Part shown: in pieces, positions 9,305-19,220 of the stretch
How positions within the stretch are numbered: the first letter of the stretch is position 1
Layout of the letters: each line of letters opens with the position of its first letter
Origin: a virus
Lineage: Duplodnaviria > Caudoviricetes
IMG/VR virus record: IMGVR_UViG_3300009183_000012
Span: 1-51,676 of that record
Length of the DNA: 51,676 bases
Direction: 5' to 3' (one strand)
The notes under the pieces: model-generated
Told to the model about the DNA's origin: nothing
Databases searched by the model: none
What the model saw: only the letters and a program-made list of their open reading frames with translations
Position numbers and translations under genes: made by a program

Positions 9305-10737
9305 TATAGAACCGTCCCACCCATATCCATAGCTTTCTTGACATTCTTATCAAGGACCAGACCCACATTGCCGTTAGTGTCCATCATGTAAACGGACCCC
9401 TTTGGTGCGGGAGGGAGACCCGGATTTGTGGAAGCTTTCGGCGTGACTGCGGCACCACGGGCTGCGGCAGCGGGCGTTTGCGTGGAAGCAGCTCCAGTCT
9501 TTGACTTCTCAGCTGCGTCTCTCTCTACACGCTCATTCAGCATTCTCTCAAATGCCGCCGCTTGGCTTTCCGGTGGGGTACCAGCTTTGACAAAGAAGTC
9601 CTTAATGTATTTAATTTGCTCATCTCTAGTGATCCATCCCTCGTCGTAGGCCCGCCGCATGCTCGCTACAATGGGACTAGGATCAGAGCCAAGCTTGGCC
9701 GCCCGTATTTCCAGCAAGACACCTTGAAGTTCGTTCTTAACCCTCTGATTCTCAGCTGCGGCAGTTGCCTTATTAGCTGCGGCGGTTGCGACCAAGTCCC
9801 TGCCAGTGAGATTGACCATTTGCTCGTCCGTCAGGTTGATGCCCTGTGCAATCATCTGCCCCAAACTGGTGCCCTCAAGAGCTTCGGCCCTACGCTTGAT
9901 CCGGTCTGCCGCTTGGGTCGTCAACACGCCAGCCCCTCCCATGTTGCTTGCCACGGGGACGTTGCCCATCTTGTTTTCCAAGACGTTGACGTTTGGTGTA
10001 GGAGTCGCAGTGCCCGAGCGTAAGGGACTGTTGGGTACGTCGATGGATGGCGGCGGAACGGGAAGGGTGAACGGATTACCCGAGGTGACTGGGGCTGTGA
10101 TTGGGGCTGGGAGTGGGGCTGGACGGAGCACGTCCTTGTAACCGCCCAACGAAGCCGGTCCTGCTGGGGGGGCGTCGGGTAACTGACGAACAACCGCCGC
10201 ATTGAGAGTACCGGCAGTGTCCATAGTCCTCCGCATGTTTTCGACTGTTGCGGCGTTCCGGTTGAACTGCTCTTGGGTTCGGGCGGCAGCCGCTTGCTGA
10301 CGAGCATTCTCCGCCTGTGCGATACTGCTGGCCTGCTGGGCTATGGTACTCTGCTGTTTCATCTGCTCCATCTGCGCAGTCCGAAACGCCCGCTGCTGCT
10401 TGTCTTCCTCGGTCTTGATGTAGCTGCGGGCAAATCCCCCGAGCAGCGATGCCTCCCGCGCACCAAGACTGCCTTCCTTGTTGAGCTTGAGATACGCTTT
10501 GACCACGTCGGAAGGCAGTGTGGCCCGCTGCTCCTCGTCGGCGAGCAACGCTTTCAACGACTCGCTGTTGGCCACCGCCGCACCGAAATCAGCAATGGAG
10601 GTGTCCGCGATTTGCTTGTTCTGCTCGTAGGTTTTGATGCCCGCATTGAAGCCTTCGAGCAGGCTGTTGATGCCTCTGGTCATGCCTTGGGCACGGATCT
10701 GCCCGCTGATGTCAGATACGCCGGGATTGTAGGCCAT
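9304..10737 (-). CDS. Putative ejection (internal virion) protein
   Basis: Helical Q/A-rich protein with Pro-rich linker between the nozzle and the large ejection protein. Confidence 0.6.
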   Translation of the reverse strand: MAYNPGVSDISGQIRAQGMTRGINSLLEGFNAGIKTYEQNKQIADTSIADFGAAVANSESLKALLADEEQRATLPSDVVKAYLKLNKEGSLGAREASLLGGFARSYIKTEEDKQQRAFRTAQMEQMKQQSTIAQQASSIAQAENARQQAAAARTQEQFNRNAATVENMRRTMDTAGTLNAAVVRQLPDAPPAGPASLGGYKDVLRPAPLPAPITAPVTSGNPFTLPVPPPSIDVPNSPLRSGTATPTPNVNVLENKMGNVPVASNMGGAGVLTTQAADRIKRRAEALEGTSLGQMIAQGINLTDEQMVNLTGRDLVATAAANKATAAAENQRVKNELQGVLLEIRAAKLGSDPSPIVASMRRAYDEGWITRDEQIKYIKDFFVKAGTPPESQAAAFERMLNERVERDAAEKSKTGAASTQTPAAAARGAAVTPKASTNPGLPPAPKGSVYMMDTNGNVGLVLDKNVKKAMDMGGTVL

Positions 10738-10743
10738 GGTGGT

Positions 10744-11622
10744 TTAGATTTGGGAGCGACCAAAGAAGGCGTTCATGTCGTTGAACCGCCCACCGGTATT
10801 ACGGAGTTGTGGACTGCCGACGCCATATTTGCCAGCTTGTTTCGGAGAATAACTTGGCTGCCCTCCGTAGGTCGGAGCGTTGGCCACGCCGTAAGTCGGT
10901 GCGGGTTGGGGCGGAGACCCGTAGGTTGGCGCGGCTTGGAACGGAGACCCGTAGGTTGGTGCGGCTTGGAACGGAGACCGGTAGAGCTGTGCGGGTTGGG
11001 GCGAGGGCCGGTAGATCGGTGCGGGTTGGCGCGAGGGCATGTATGCCGTGTTGACTGGGGAGGACTGACGCGGGGGCGTGTAGACTGGTGCGGGCTGGGG
11101 CGATGGTCGGTACTCCATCGTGCGGGGGACGTTGACCGGTGGGGGCGTGTAGACTGGTGCGGGCTGGGGCGATGGTCGGTAATCCATCGTGCGTGGGCCA
11201 GTGCCGGAATCGCCTCCGGCGTAGTTAATGCCGTAGAAATTCGGGCTGCCTCCGGGGTAGTTAATGTTGTCGGGATTGACGCCACCGTATCTGGGGTTGT
11301 CGGGAACGTAGTTAGTGCCGTCCGGATTGACGCCACCGTATCTGGTGTTGTCGGGGACGAAACGAGTGCCGTCGGGATTGATGCTCCCAGCCTCAGACAA
11401 ACGGCTCAAGTCAAAGCCGTCGAAATTCGGGCGGGGGAGTCCCCTAAGACGTGCAGCATCTTGGGGGGTCATCATTTGTGGACGGTACTCCGCCTGCTCC
11501 GCTTCGGGGGTGGCTGCCGTCATGCGCGGGCCAGTGCCGAAATCGCCTCCGCGCAGTTGTCCAGACGAGCGTTGAGTGGCCAAGAACTGTTGGATCTTTT
11601 CGAAATCTTGTGGCGTGTTCAT
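10744..11622 (-). CDS. Pro/Tyr/Gly-rich low-complexity repeat protein
   Basis: Fills the gap in the late operon; repeats PDNTRYGGVNPD, YRPSPQPAP, YGSPFQAAPT. Confidence 0.65.
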   Translation of the reverse strand: MNTPQDFEKIQQFLATQRSSGQLRGGDFGTGPRMTAATPEAEQAEYRPQMMTPQDAARLRGLPRPNFDGFDLSRLSEAGSINPDGTRFVPDNTRYGGVNPDGTNYVPDNPRYGGVNPDNINYPGGSPNFYGINYAGGDSGTGPRTMDYRPSPQPAPVYTPPPVNVPRTMEYRPSPQPAPVYTPPRQSSPVNTAYMPSRQPAPIYRPSPQPAQLYRSPFQAAPTYGSPFQAAPTYGSPPQPAPTYGVANAPTYGGQPSYSPKQAGKYGVGSPQLRNTGGRFNDMNAFFGRSQI

Positions 11623-11640
11623 TGTAATAGTGGTTTGGGT

Positions 11641-14124
11641 TTAGCCTCCGAAGACCCATCTCAGTCCGTTCCAGATGGCTCCAGCGTTTTGCATCGCGGC
11701 AGCGGTAAGGCCATACATGCCAGCCTGTCTTGCCGCCTCGACAGAAGCCGCGTTGTTGGCAGCCGAAATACTCGCCGCCGTTGCCGCATTGGCGTTGAAG
11801 TCGTAGATGTTGTTGGGGTATTCGCCCACCGGGTTGAAGGTCTTCCGCACGTAGTCCTGCGTGCTACCCGCTTGGTTCGCAGCTTGGCCGTAGAGCGCCG
11901 CATTGGTGCCGTAGTTCTGGGTCTGCATCCCGTACTGGTTGCCCAGAATGGCAGCCTGAGGATCGAAGACGTTGGCCATCTCCATGGCGGTCGCCTGCTG
12001 AAGATTGCCGTAACTCTGTTGTACCTTGGCCCGCGCCTCGGCCTCACGTTGGCGGGCCAGAGAGTCGCGGTTCAGGATCTCCGACCCTACCGCACCACGA
12101 CTGTTCACCAGACCACGGGCAGACCACGCTTCACGGGCTGCCTGCTGGGAGTTGCGGACGTCCTCGGGCGATAGTTGCTTGGCCTCGGCCATGCGGAGAG
12201 CATCCATGTCTCGACCAAGGCCCGCTGAAGCCTCCTTGCTGAATTGGCCGAGATTGCCGTAGAGCTGCGAGTTGAGGGTCTGGCGGTTGAGCAGAGCCTC
12301 GCCTCCCAGTCGGTTCACATCGGCCAGATTGGCTTCCCGCAATGCCCGGTTGGATGCGATGGTCTGAGCACTGGCAGCTGCCGTGTTGGCGGCATTCGTG
12401 CCCCGCATCCGATTTGAGACCTTGTCGAAAGCGTCTAAGTCTGCATCGGTGTAATCGTCAAGGGCGTCGCCATACACCTGTTTCAGCGCATCTCGTCGGG
12501 CCTTGAATGCAGCAGTAGTCTTGCCTAGCTCGGTATCTAAATCTCGTTGGCCGGGTGTTATGGTTGGCATGGTAAAAGGGTTTGTAGGAGTGGCTGGAGT
12601 GGTGGGAATAACGGGTGTAGTGCCGCCGCCACCCCCGCCGCCGCCGACGACGACACAGACGCCAGCAGCATTGCGCTCTTGGCCTGCTGGGCAAGGGTCA
12701 GTAGGCGGCGGTCGCTCGATAGCGGGAATCGTCGTCGCACCTCCCGGAGCCGGAAAAGTAACTGGCACTACCACGTTAGGCGGCGGTTGCTCGATAGGGG
12801 GAATCGTCTTCGCGCCTCCCGAAGGCGGAAAAGTAACTGGCGTTACCACGTTGGTGGTAGTCGGCGTCTGAGTTGCGACTGCCTTTGCGGCATCCTCTGC
12901 TTTTTGCTCCGGAGTCCGCGTGTCGAATGGCCCCATGTCCCCGGGTTTAGGGGGTCCGGAATTGGCAGCCCCCGTCGATATGACCAATGGGCCGGAGTTC
13001 GGCGTCTGAGTTGCGACTGCCTTTGCGGCATCCTCTGCTTTTTGCTCCGGAGTCCTCTGGTCGAATGGCCCCATGTCCCCGGGTTTAGGAGGTCCGGAAT
13101 TGGGAGTCTCCGTCGAGATGACCAATGGGCCGGAGTTCGGCGTCTGGGCTGCGGCTGCCGCGTCTGCCGCTCTTTGCTCTGGAGTCCTCTGGTCGAATGG
13201 CCCCATGTCCCCGGGTTTAGGGGGTCCGGAATTGGGAGCCCCACCAGTCAATATGCCCAATGGGACGGTGCTCGGCGTCTGGGTTTGGGCAGCTGCGGCT
13301 GCGGCTGCGGCTGCGGCTTCGGCATCCAGCTGGGCCTGTACTTCGGGCGATGCCCCCGCTGCCTTTGCTGCTTCGGCTGCGTCCCTAGCTCGTGTTGCCG
13401 CTGTCGCATTGGCGGCTACGGCTCCGGTAATGATCAATCCAGTGATCGGATCAACCGGGAGAGGAGTGATGGAGATGTTGCCATTTCCCGTACCGAAGAT
13501 GCCCTCTCCGATATTCGTGATGACGTTGCGGGCACCGGTTATAGGATCGCTGACGATTTGCCCTATTCCTGTGGCAGCAGAGCCTATGACGTCGATGGGG
13601 TTGCCGATTGTAATGGGGGGCGGTCTCCCCTTAGCGACCATATCGGCAATCTCCTTCTCCGCCTTTGCATCAGCAGCAGCTTTTTCTCTCGCTTCGTATT
13701 CGGCTCTTTCACGGGCTTCGAACTCCGCAGTTCCTACAACGTTAGGGTCTTTGTTGATCGGGATGATCAAGCTCGGGTTTCCGATGGTGACAGCATTCGG
13801 TGGAGAGAAGATGTTTGGACCTGAGCTGCCGCCATCACCCTCGCCATCGCCATCGCCCTCGCCTGCACCGCTGCCTGCACCGCTGCCTGCATCACCGCCT
13901 CCGAGACGTGTTAAGGGTACGAAGAAAGGGTCCATTACGATGGTGCCGTCACCCTCCGCTTCTTTTGATTTTGCCAGACGTGCTTTCTCTTCCTCGATAT
14001 CTGCCAGACGTTTATCTTCCAGCAGGCGTGCTTTCTCTTCCTCGATAGCTGCCAGACGCTCTTTTTCGTCCTCCTCGTAGGGGTCGAGGATCTCTCCTGC
14101 GTAGTATTTTTGCCAGTTGGGCAT
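11641..14124 (-). CDS. Putative ejection/pilot protein with long disordered repeat region
   Basis: Probable start ATG 14124 (MPNWQ); C-terminal Q/A/N-rich helical domain with ARGL..S.GAVG.E motif; 3 x ~120-bp internal repeats. Confidence 0.65.
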   Translation of the reverse strand: MPNWQKYYAGEILDPYEEDEKERLAAIEEEKARLLEDKRLADIEEEKARLAKSKEAEGDGTIVMDPFFVPLTRLGGGDAGSGAGSGAGEGDGDGEGDGGSSGPNIFSPPNAVTIGNPSLIIPINKDPNVVGTAEFEARERAEYEAREKAAADAKAEKEIADMVAKGRPPPITIGNPIDVIGSAATGIGQIVSDPITGARNVITNIGEGIFGTGNGNISITPLPVDPITGLIITGAVAANATAATRARDAAEAAKAAGASPEVQAQLDAEAAAAAAAAAAQTQTPSTVPLGILTGGAPNSGPPKPGDMGPFDQRTPEQRAADAAAAAQTPNSGPLVISTETPNSGPPKPGDMGPFDQRTPEQKAEDAAKAVATQTPNSGPLVISTGAANSGPPKPGDMGPFDTRTPEQKAEDAAKAVATQTPTTTNVVTPVTFPPSGGAKTIPPIEQPPPNVVVPVTFPAPGGATTIPAIERPPPTDPCPAGQERNAAGVCVVVGGGGGGGGTTPVIPTTPATPTNPFTMPTITPGQRDLDTELGKTTAAFKARRDALKQVYGDALDDYTDADLDAFDKVSNRMRGTNAANTAAASAQTIASNRALREANLADVNRLGGEALLNRQTLNSQLYGNLGQFSKEASAGLGRDMDALRMAEAKQLSPEDVRNSQQAAREAWSARGLVNSRGAVGSEILNRDSLARQREAEARAKVQQSYGNLQQATAMEMANVFDPQAAILGNQYGMQTQNYGTNAALYGQAANQAGSTQDYVRKTFNPVGEYPNNIYDFNANAATAASISAANNAASVEAARQAGMYGLTAAAMQNAGAIWNGLRWVFGG

Positions 14125-14125
14125 G

Positions 14126-14824
14126 TTAGGAAGTGACGCCCTTGATGACTGCGAAACTAAGGACCAATGCCTCAGAAAGGGAGCCAGCGGTTTGATTGTT
14201 TGTGATGTACAATGTCGCAGCGCCTGCACCGCAGGAAACATTGAACACGTAAGCTCCGATAGTGCCGCCTGACTTGTGATTGATAATCACTACATCTGTA
14301 GCGGCAATCTTACTGTTAGTCCAAACAGCTGAAACGACGGTTGCATGGCCCAATGAATCTGCGGCAGTGGTGATCTGACCACACATAGCGTTCAAAGTGA
14401 ACGCAGTAGCCTTGCTGGTCGCTTGAGTTACAGTGCCCCCGGCACCCGTGTAAAAGCCCAGACCGGTGACCGTCGTATCCACAGCTTCGAAGTTGCCAGC
14501 ACCGGCAGTAGAACGAGCAAGGAACGTGTTGTTGCCCGCCGCTGCGACAACTTTGGCAAGAGTCACTGCATTATTCGCGAGCTTGCCCGTCGTCACTCCA
14601 AGGTCGTTGATCTTGGCAGTGGTAACCGCGAGGTCGTTGATCTTGGCGGTGGTAACCGCGAGGTCCGCAAGTTTGCTGGTGATGATCGAGCCATCCGCAA
14701 TGGTCGTCGCAATCACCTCGTTGTTCCCAAGTGTCACGGAGGGCGTGCTCAACAGGTTGAGCTTGGTGAAGGTGATCGGGTCGGTGGTCCCCGTGAAGGT
14801 GTAGCCGGGTGATACAGATGGCAT
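14126..14824 (-). CDS. Tail/needle-like fibre protein
   Basis: 10-aa repeats (KINDLAVTTA) and a C-terminal beta-rich domain. Confidence 0.6.
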   Translation of the reverse strand: MPSVSPGYTFTGTTDPITFTKLNLLSTPSVTLGNNEVIATTIADGSIITSKLADLAVTTAKINDLAVTTAKINDLGVTTGKLANNAVTLAKVVAAAGNNTFLARSTAGAGNFEAVDTTVTGLGFYTGAGGTVTQATSKATAFTLNAMCGQITTAADSLGHATVVSAVWTNSKIAATDVVIINHKSGGTIGAYVFNVSCGAGAATLYITNNQTAGSLSEALVLSFAVIKGVTS

Positions 14825-14835
14825 GGTGGTAAGTG

Positions 14836-17403
14836 TTAGACTTGGACGAGACTGCTCCGTTGGCCAGTGTGATTCTCAAAGCCGATCCCGCGAATTTTAA
14901 TGATCCCCGTGGTGTTGGTGATGTTGAGCCATGAGAGTCTCCCCTGTCGCCGGGTGATAATGGGGAACCGATAGTCCTGCGTCATCTCCGGCTGGAAGCC
15001 CGTACCGCATTGCAGTCCGGTGATGGGCAATCCCGGCGTCGACCCTGCGGCCAAGGGGCCAGTGGAGTAGTCCTTCCGGTAGGCCCGGTTGAAGTCGTCG
15101 TTGACGTTGGTCTGGTCGTAGGTCGAGTCGTTGAACAACCAGCTCTCTGCCCGGGTATAGGTCTGGTCGGTCAGAATGGTGGAGCTTTCCGAGGCTCCAT
15201 CGGTGTAGGTGGTGACGCTGAAATCCGGGCGATTGGTGCCAAGGTCGACCCACATGCGTCGTTGGGTGGCGTTGTTGCCCTCAAAGTTGTAGGCCCGGGA
15301 GGTCAGCGAAGTGGCGATGTCTGCCACATTCGTCCCGCTGATGTCGTTCTGCCCCTCGCCGGTCACAAAGATCTGCCCATCCTCAGTGATGGCGTGCAGT
15401 CGTTGCGGCCCGAGATAGTTCGCGACGGCCCAGCCTTGAATACCCATGGAGAAGGAGGACGCAAAATTCCATTCCCCAAACCAGTTCTCGGTGACGAAAT
15501 TGTAGACAAGGACGGTGTTGCAGAAGACCGCATTATCGAGGGGGACTGCCACGAACAGCTTGTTGTCGAAATAGGCCATGCTCACCTTGTAGCCGTAGTC
15601 CCAATTCACCCGCTTGAGGAGGCTGGAGATGTTGCGCGAAAGAGGCAGGGTCTTGTGCTGGACCGAATTGTTGGTGGCGGTCAGCGTGATGAGGTTGATG
15701 TTGCGGTCGCTCATGTAGACCACGTCGGGTCCGACCGAGACCACTGAGTTGATGCCGATGCACCCGACCTGCCGCGTTATCTCCGTAACGGTTACATCGT
15801 CCAAAGCCCCTTGCACGTTTTGCAGGACCAAGATGGACTTGTTCTTGAAGACGAGAAGGCTGTTCTCTCCAAACGGATACGTCCTTACCAGATAGTCGGA
15901 CGACCCCTTGTTCAGGTTGAAGTTGTTGGCGAGGTCGTCGTAGGTGTTGAAGTCCAGCGTGTCCGACGCCGCGACTTCGTCCTTCCCGTCGATCACCCAC
16001 AACCGGTCTTGATAGTAGGTGGCCTGACTGCTGTTGGGGATATTTGAGAATCCGGGCAACGGAGTCGGGGTGGGGACGGCGACAAACGTCGTGTTCCAAT
16101 CCCCGTTCCAGTAGATCGGTGCCTCATCCGGGCCACGGAACAGGTAGACGAGATTGTTGCACTGGACGATGGTAGACTGGTTTGAGACCGTGAAGGAGCC
16201 CAGTGAGATGGTGTGGGGGGCTCTGCCGTTGGCGTAGAATCCCACCGAGGTATTGCCCACCAGCATGATCCACTGAGAGCCCGGGTCCGTCTGGTCGGAG
16301 TAGACCCCTGAGGCCCAGACCGTGACGGCGTAAGAGGTCATCACTTGCGTGCCCGGAGCACCGGAGTCATCGGAGACTGCGACGAAAAGCCCGTTCCCGT
16401 AAGTGACCGCAGCCCATGTTGGACCGGCAGCCCCGACCCGTGACTGCCAGTCGGTGCCATTGTAGGAGGTCATCACGCCGTATCCGCTTGAAGCCAGCGA
16501 AACTGCCACGAACCGGTCGTACCCGAAGGTCACCGATTTATATCCGTCATTGTCGGGCGTGGTGCGGGCGGTCCATGTAATGCCGTCGGGCGAGGACATT
16601 GCCCGCTGACTCCCAAAGTCACCCACGGCCACGAATATGCCATCTCCGTAGGCGACACTCTGCCAGTTCGATGCGGCGGCAGTTCGCGAAGTCCATGTGA
16701 TGCCGTCGTTCGAAGTTGCCGCCACCCCATTCCCGCCACTTCCGCCGACAGCGACAAAAAGTCCGTTCCCGTAAGTGACGTCTGTCCAGAGGGAAAATGC
16801 CAAAGACGTACTGGATGCCCATGTAATGCCGTCAGTCGAATACATCGACCGCGCAGCCCCACCTTGAGCCACTGCAACGAAACGCCCTGCGCCATAGGTC
16901 ACCGCGATCCAGCTACTGTCTGCGGCAGAGACTCGGCTCGTCCATGTGATACCGTCGGGCGAAGTCATCACCCGGTCGCCAACACCTGAGGTAGATACCG
17001 CAACAAAAAGACCTTCGCCAAAGGTGACCGAAAACCAAAAGTTTGTAGTAGCGGGAGTGCGGGCGGTCCAAGTGCTCCCGTCGGGCGAGGACATCACCCG
17101 AGTTCCCAGTGGCTCTACCGCTACAAAGGTGCCGTTGCCGTAGGCCACGGATTGCCAATAACCATTCTGAGCTGATTGCGAGATCCAAGCACTGTCGAAC
17201 GGAGCCGCACCCAAGCTGGGGAGGCAGACAAACCCGCCACGGGTGACGGCGTCCTGCGTGGTGAAGTCCATGTTGACCGCTGACTGGACTTGGCCGGGAC
17301 CGATGTTCTCCGGTGCGTCCCAGTCGTTAGACCCTATGAGCGAACGATCCCCCTCGATGAGAGGGGGATCGTCGGCCTGTCCATAGGAGCGATAGCGGTT
17401 CAT
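14836..17403 (-). CDS. Tail nozzle / DNA stabilisation protein (P22 gp10 / T7 gp12-like) with inserted beta-propeller
   Basis: YQDRLWV, LLVFKNKSI, VGCIG..SV, DNKLFVAVP..VLVYNF..W motifs; about seven W..V.YG.G.FVAV repeats inserted. Confidence 0.75.
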   Translation of the reverse strand: MNRYRSYGQADDPPLIEGDRSLIGSNDWDAPENIGPGQVQSAVNMDFTTQDAVTRGGFVCLPSLGAAPFDSAWISQSAQNGYWQSVAYGNGTFVAVEPLGTRVMSSPDGSTWTARTPATTNFWFSVTFGEGLFVAVSTSGVGDRVMTSPDGITWTSRVSAADSSWIAVTYGAGRFVAVAQGGAARSMYSTDGITWASSTSLAFSLWTDVTYGNGLFVAVGGSGGNGVAATSNDGITWTSRTAAASNWQSVAYGDGIFVAVGDFGSQRAMSSPDGITWTARTTPDNDGYKSVTFGYDRFVAVSLASSGYGVMTSYNGTDWQSRVGAAGPTWAAVTYGNGLFVAVSDDSGAPGTQVMTSYAVTVWASGVYSDQTDPGSQWIMLVGNTSVGFYANGRAPHTISLGSFTVSNQSTIVQCNNLVYLFRGPDEAPIYWNGDWNTTFVAVPTPTPLPGFSNIPNSSQATYYQDRLWVIDGKDEVAASDTLDFNTYDDLANNFNLNKGSSDYLVRTYPFGENSLLVFKNKSILVLQNVQGALDDVTVTEITRQVGCIGINSVVSVGPDVVYMSDRNINLITLTATNNSVQHKTLPLSRNISSLLKRVNWDYGYKVSMAYFDNKLFVAVPLDNAVFCNTVLVYNFVTENWFGEWNFASSFSMGIQGWAVANYLGPQRLHAITEDGQIFVTGEGQNDISGTNVADIATSLTSRAYNFEGNNATQRRMWVDLGTNRPDFSVTTYTDGASESSTILTDQTYTRAESWLFNDSTYDQTNVNDDFNRAYRKDYSTGPLAAGSTPGLPITGLQCGTGFQPEMTQDYRFPIITRRQGRLSWLNITNTTGIIKIRGIGFENHTGQRSSLVQV

Positions 17404-17414
17404 GGGTTACCCCA

Positions 17415-17567
17415 TCAGGACTTGGCGAGATTAACCCGGATGGCCTCAATCTCCTTTTTGACGGAGTCGATCTCTTCCTTCGCTTTCGCCAGCTCGTTGA
17501 TGAGCAGGTTCACGTTCGTCTGGGCGAGTTCGATGGCGATGGCTGATTTGTATTCGTTGGTCGTCAT
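17415..17567 (-). CDS. Small coiled-coil protein (50 aa), missing from the ORF track
   Basis: MTTNEYKSAIAIELAQTNVNLLINELAKAKEEIDSVKKEIEAIRVNLAKS fills the gap after the fibre genes. Confidence 0.6.
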   Translation of the reverse strand: MTTNEYKSAIAIELAQTNVNLLINELAKAKEEIDSVKKEIEAIRVNLAKS

Positions 17568-17577
17568 GGTTAGATAT

Positions 17578-17910
17578 TCAGGCTTGCGTCAGACCGAGGT
17601 TGGTCGCGAGGCAGGCGAGCTGATACGCTTCGTCGGGGTTGGTGCGACCCCAGTTGGCCCACTGCGCAGCGGTCATGGCCTCGTTACCAGAGGTCAGCGT
17701 GGTCGTGGAGTAAACCGCCTCAACCGCAGGCACCTCAGGGGTGTCGTCGGTGGCCGGGATGGCGGGCGTGGCCGGGGTGACGAGTTGGCGGTCGGAGAGT
17801 TGCCAGAAGTAATTCGGGCAACCCGAGTCATCCACGGGGCCAACGCCACGGATTTCGAGCGTGTTGGCGGTGGAGGGAAAAACTTTGACGGGGACGATGG
17901 GAGTTTGCAT
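17578..17910 (-). CDS. Tail-fibre associated/chaperone-like protein
   Basis: Directly after the fibre gene; acidic Pro-rich insert. Confidence 0.55.
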   Translation of the reverse strand: MQTPIVPVKVFPSTANTLEIRGVGPVDDSGCPNYFWQLSDRQLVTPATPAIPATDDTPEVPAVEAVYSTTTLTSGNEAMTAAQWANWGRTNPDEAYQLACLATNLGLTQA

Positions 17911-17919
17911 GGTGAGTGA

Positions 17920-18876
17920 TTAGACGAGGACGGGAACGCGATACGTGGTCCCGGTGGAATCTTGGATTGTGACGTATCCGGTCCCGACAACAGCGCCGGC
18001 GACGTAGGCGTTCGCGAGGCGAAGCGCGCCCGAAAGAATCGTTCGCTGCGACGTGTCGAGGGTAAGGGCGGTGGTGCCGTTGGATACAAGGTCAATGGAA
18101 CCGGCGCTTAAAAGCCTGACCTCACAACTGCCTCCAGAAACATTTGCAAGGCTAACGTAACCAGCAGTTCCCATATTTAGGGCAGCAGTAGTCTGCGTGC
18201 CGCCGAATCTAAGAAGTCCTGCGGAATTGCGGTGAATGGATGTGTCAGTGGAGAACACAATTCCGTTGGTTGCTGCGGTCGTGGTGCCTGCTCCGCCAAG
18301 TTGCAGGAGTGCGCCGTAGTCGGTGGTGGTGCCGAGGAGAAAACGTCCGTCGGTTGCTGTAAACCTAGCTTTTTCAACTGAATTAACGTTGAAGGAGATA
18401 AAACGACTCGCGGCGAGTGTGTTGATATAAAGGCCTAAACCGTTGTATCCAATTTGAAAATCTCCGTTAGCGTAGGTCGTTCCGCCGATGCCGATTCCGG
18501 CGACCGCCGAGAGAACCAGATTTCCAGACACAAGAGTGGTTTGCCCCGTCCCGCTCGGCGTCAGCGTGATGTTTTGGTTGGTGCCGAGCGCAAACAAAGC
18601 AAGACCACCGCCCGCGCCAACGTTGCTAATGTATCCCGCGTTAATCCCGCCGGGAATAAACGTCGTTCCAGTGCTGGACATCTGTAACGCATCGACACCG
18701 TTCGAAGAAAAACGAACATTTCCCGATGACGAACGATAAAACCCCGTGTCCGTATCCGCCGCAAAACTAATGCTCGGCGCGGCGGCGGTGCCGTCGGCAA
18801 AGAGGCCGATGCCTCCGATGGTGTTGTAGGCGGTCCCGCCACCGCTACCCAGAACAGACGGGTGATTGGAGAGCAT
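17920..18876 (-). CDS. Tail fibre / spike protein
   Basis: F.DGTAAAPSISF..D.DTG.Y motif and G/T/S-rich beta repeats. Confidence 0.7.
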   Translation of the reverse strand: MLSNHPSVLGSGGGTAYNTIGGIGLFADGTAAAPSISFAADTDTGFYRSSSGNVRFSSNGVDALQMSSTGTTFIPGGINAGYISNVGAGGGLALFALGTNQNITLTPSGTGQTTLVSGNLVLSAVAGIGIGGTTYANGDFQIGYNGLGLYINTLAASRFISFNVNSVEKARFTATDGRFLLGTTTDYGALLQLGGAGTTTAATNGIVFSTDTSIHRNSAGLLRFGGTQTTAALNMGTAGYVSLANVSGGSCEVRLLSAGSIDLVSNGTTALTLDTSQRTILSGALRLANAYVAGAVVGTGYVTIQDSTGTTYRVPVLV

Positions 18877-18877
18877 G

Positions 18878-19219
18878 TTAGGATTGGAGGGCTGACGAGA
18901 AGATCACTGCGTCAGCAGTTGCGGTAGAACTGCGGATAAACTTGGAGGCGTTGAACTGCGAGACAGCCCAAGTGTAGGCACTGCCCGGGTAGAGGAGGTG
19001 TCCCACGGTGCTCGTCGGATCGGTGCCGTCCCAGCGGACTCGCACCGAATCGGTCTGCACGTCGAAGGTGACGTAGTTGACCCCATTGACGGCAGGGGAT
19101 GCGGTGTAACCGGCAGGGGCTACCGCAGCGGTAGAGACCGTGAGTGATTGGCTGGCGACCGGAGACCCGGCGACCATGGCACGAAAGGGGTAGGAGACGT
19201 TGGCAGTGGAGAAGCTCAT
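18878..19219 (-). CDS. Small structural protein
   Basis: Beta-rich, VRVRWDGTDPTSTVGH motif common in virion proteins. Confidence 0.6.
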   Translation of the reverse strand: MSFSTANVSYPFRAMVAGSPVASQSLTVSTAAVAPAGYTASPAVNGVNYVTFDVQTDSVRVRWDGTDPTSTVGHLLYPGSAYTWAVSQFNASKFIRSSTATADAVIFSSALQS

Positions 19220-19220
19220 G

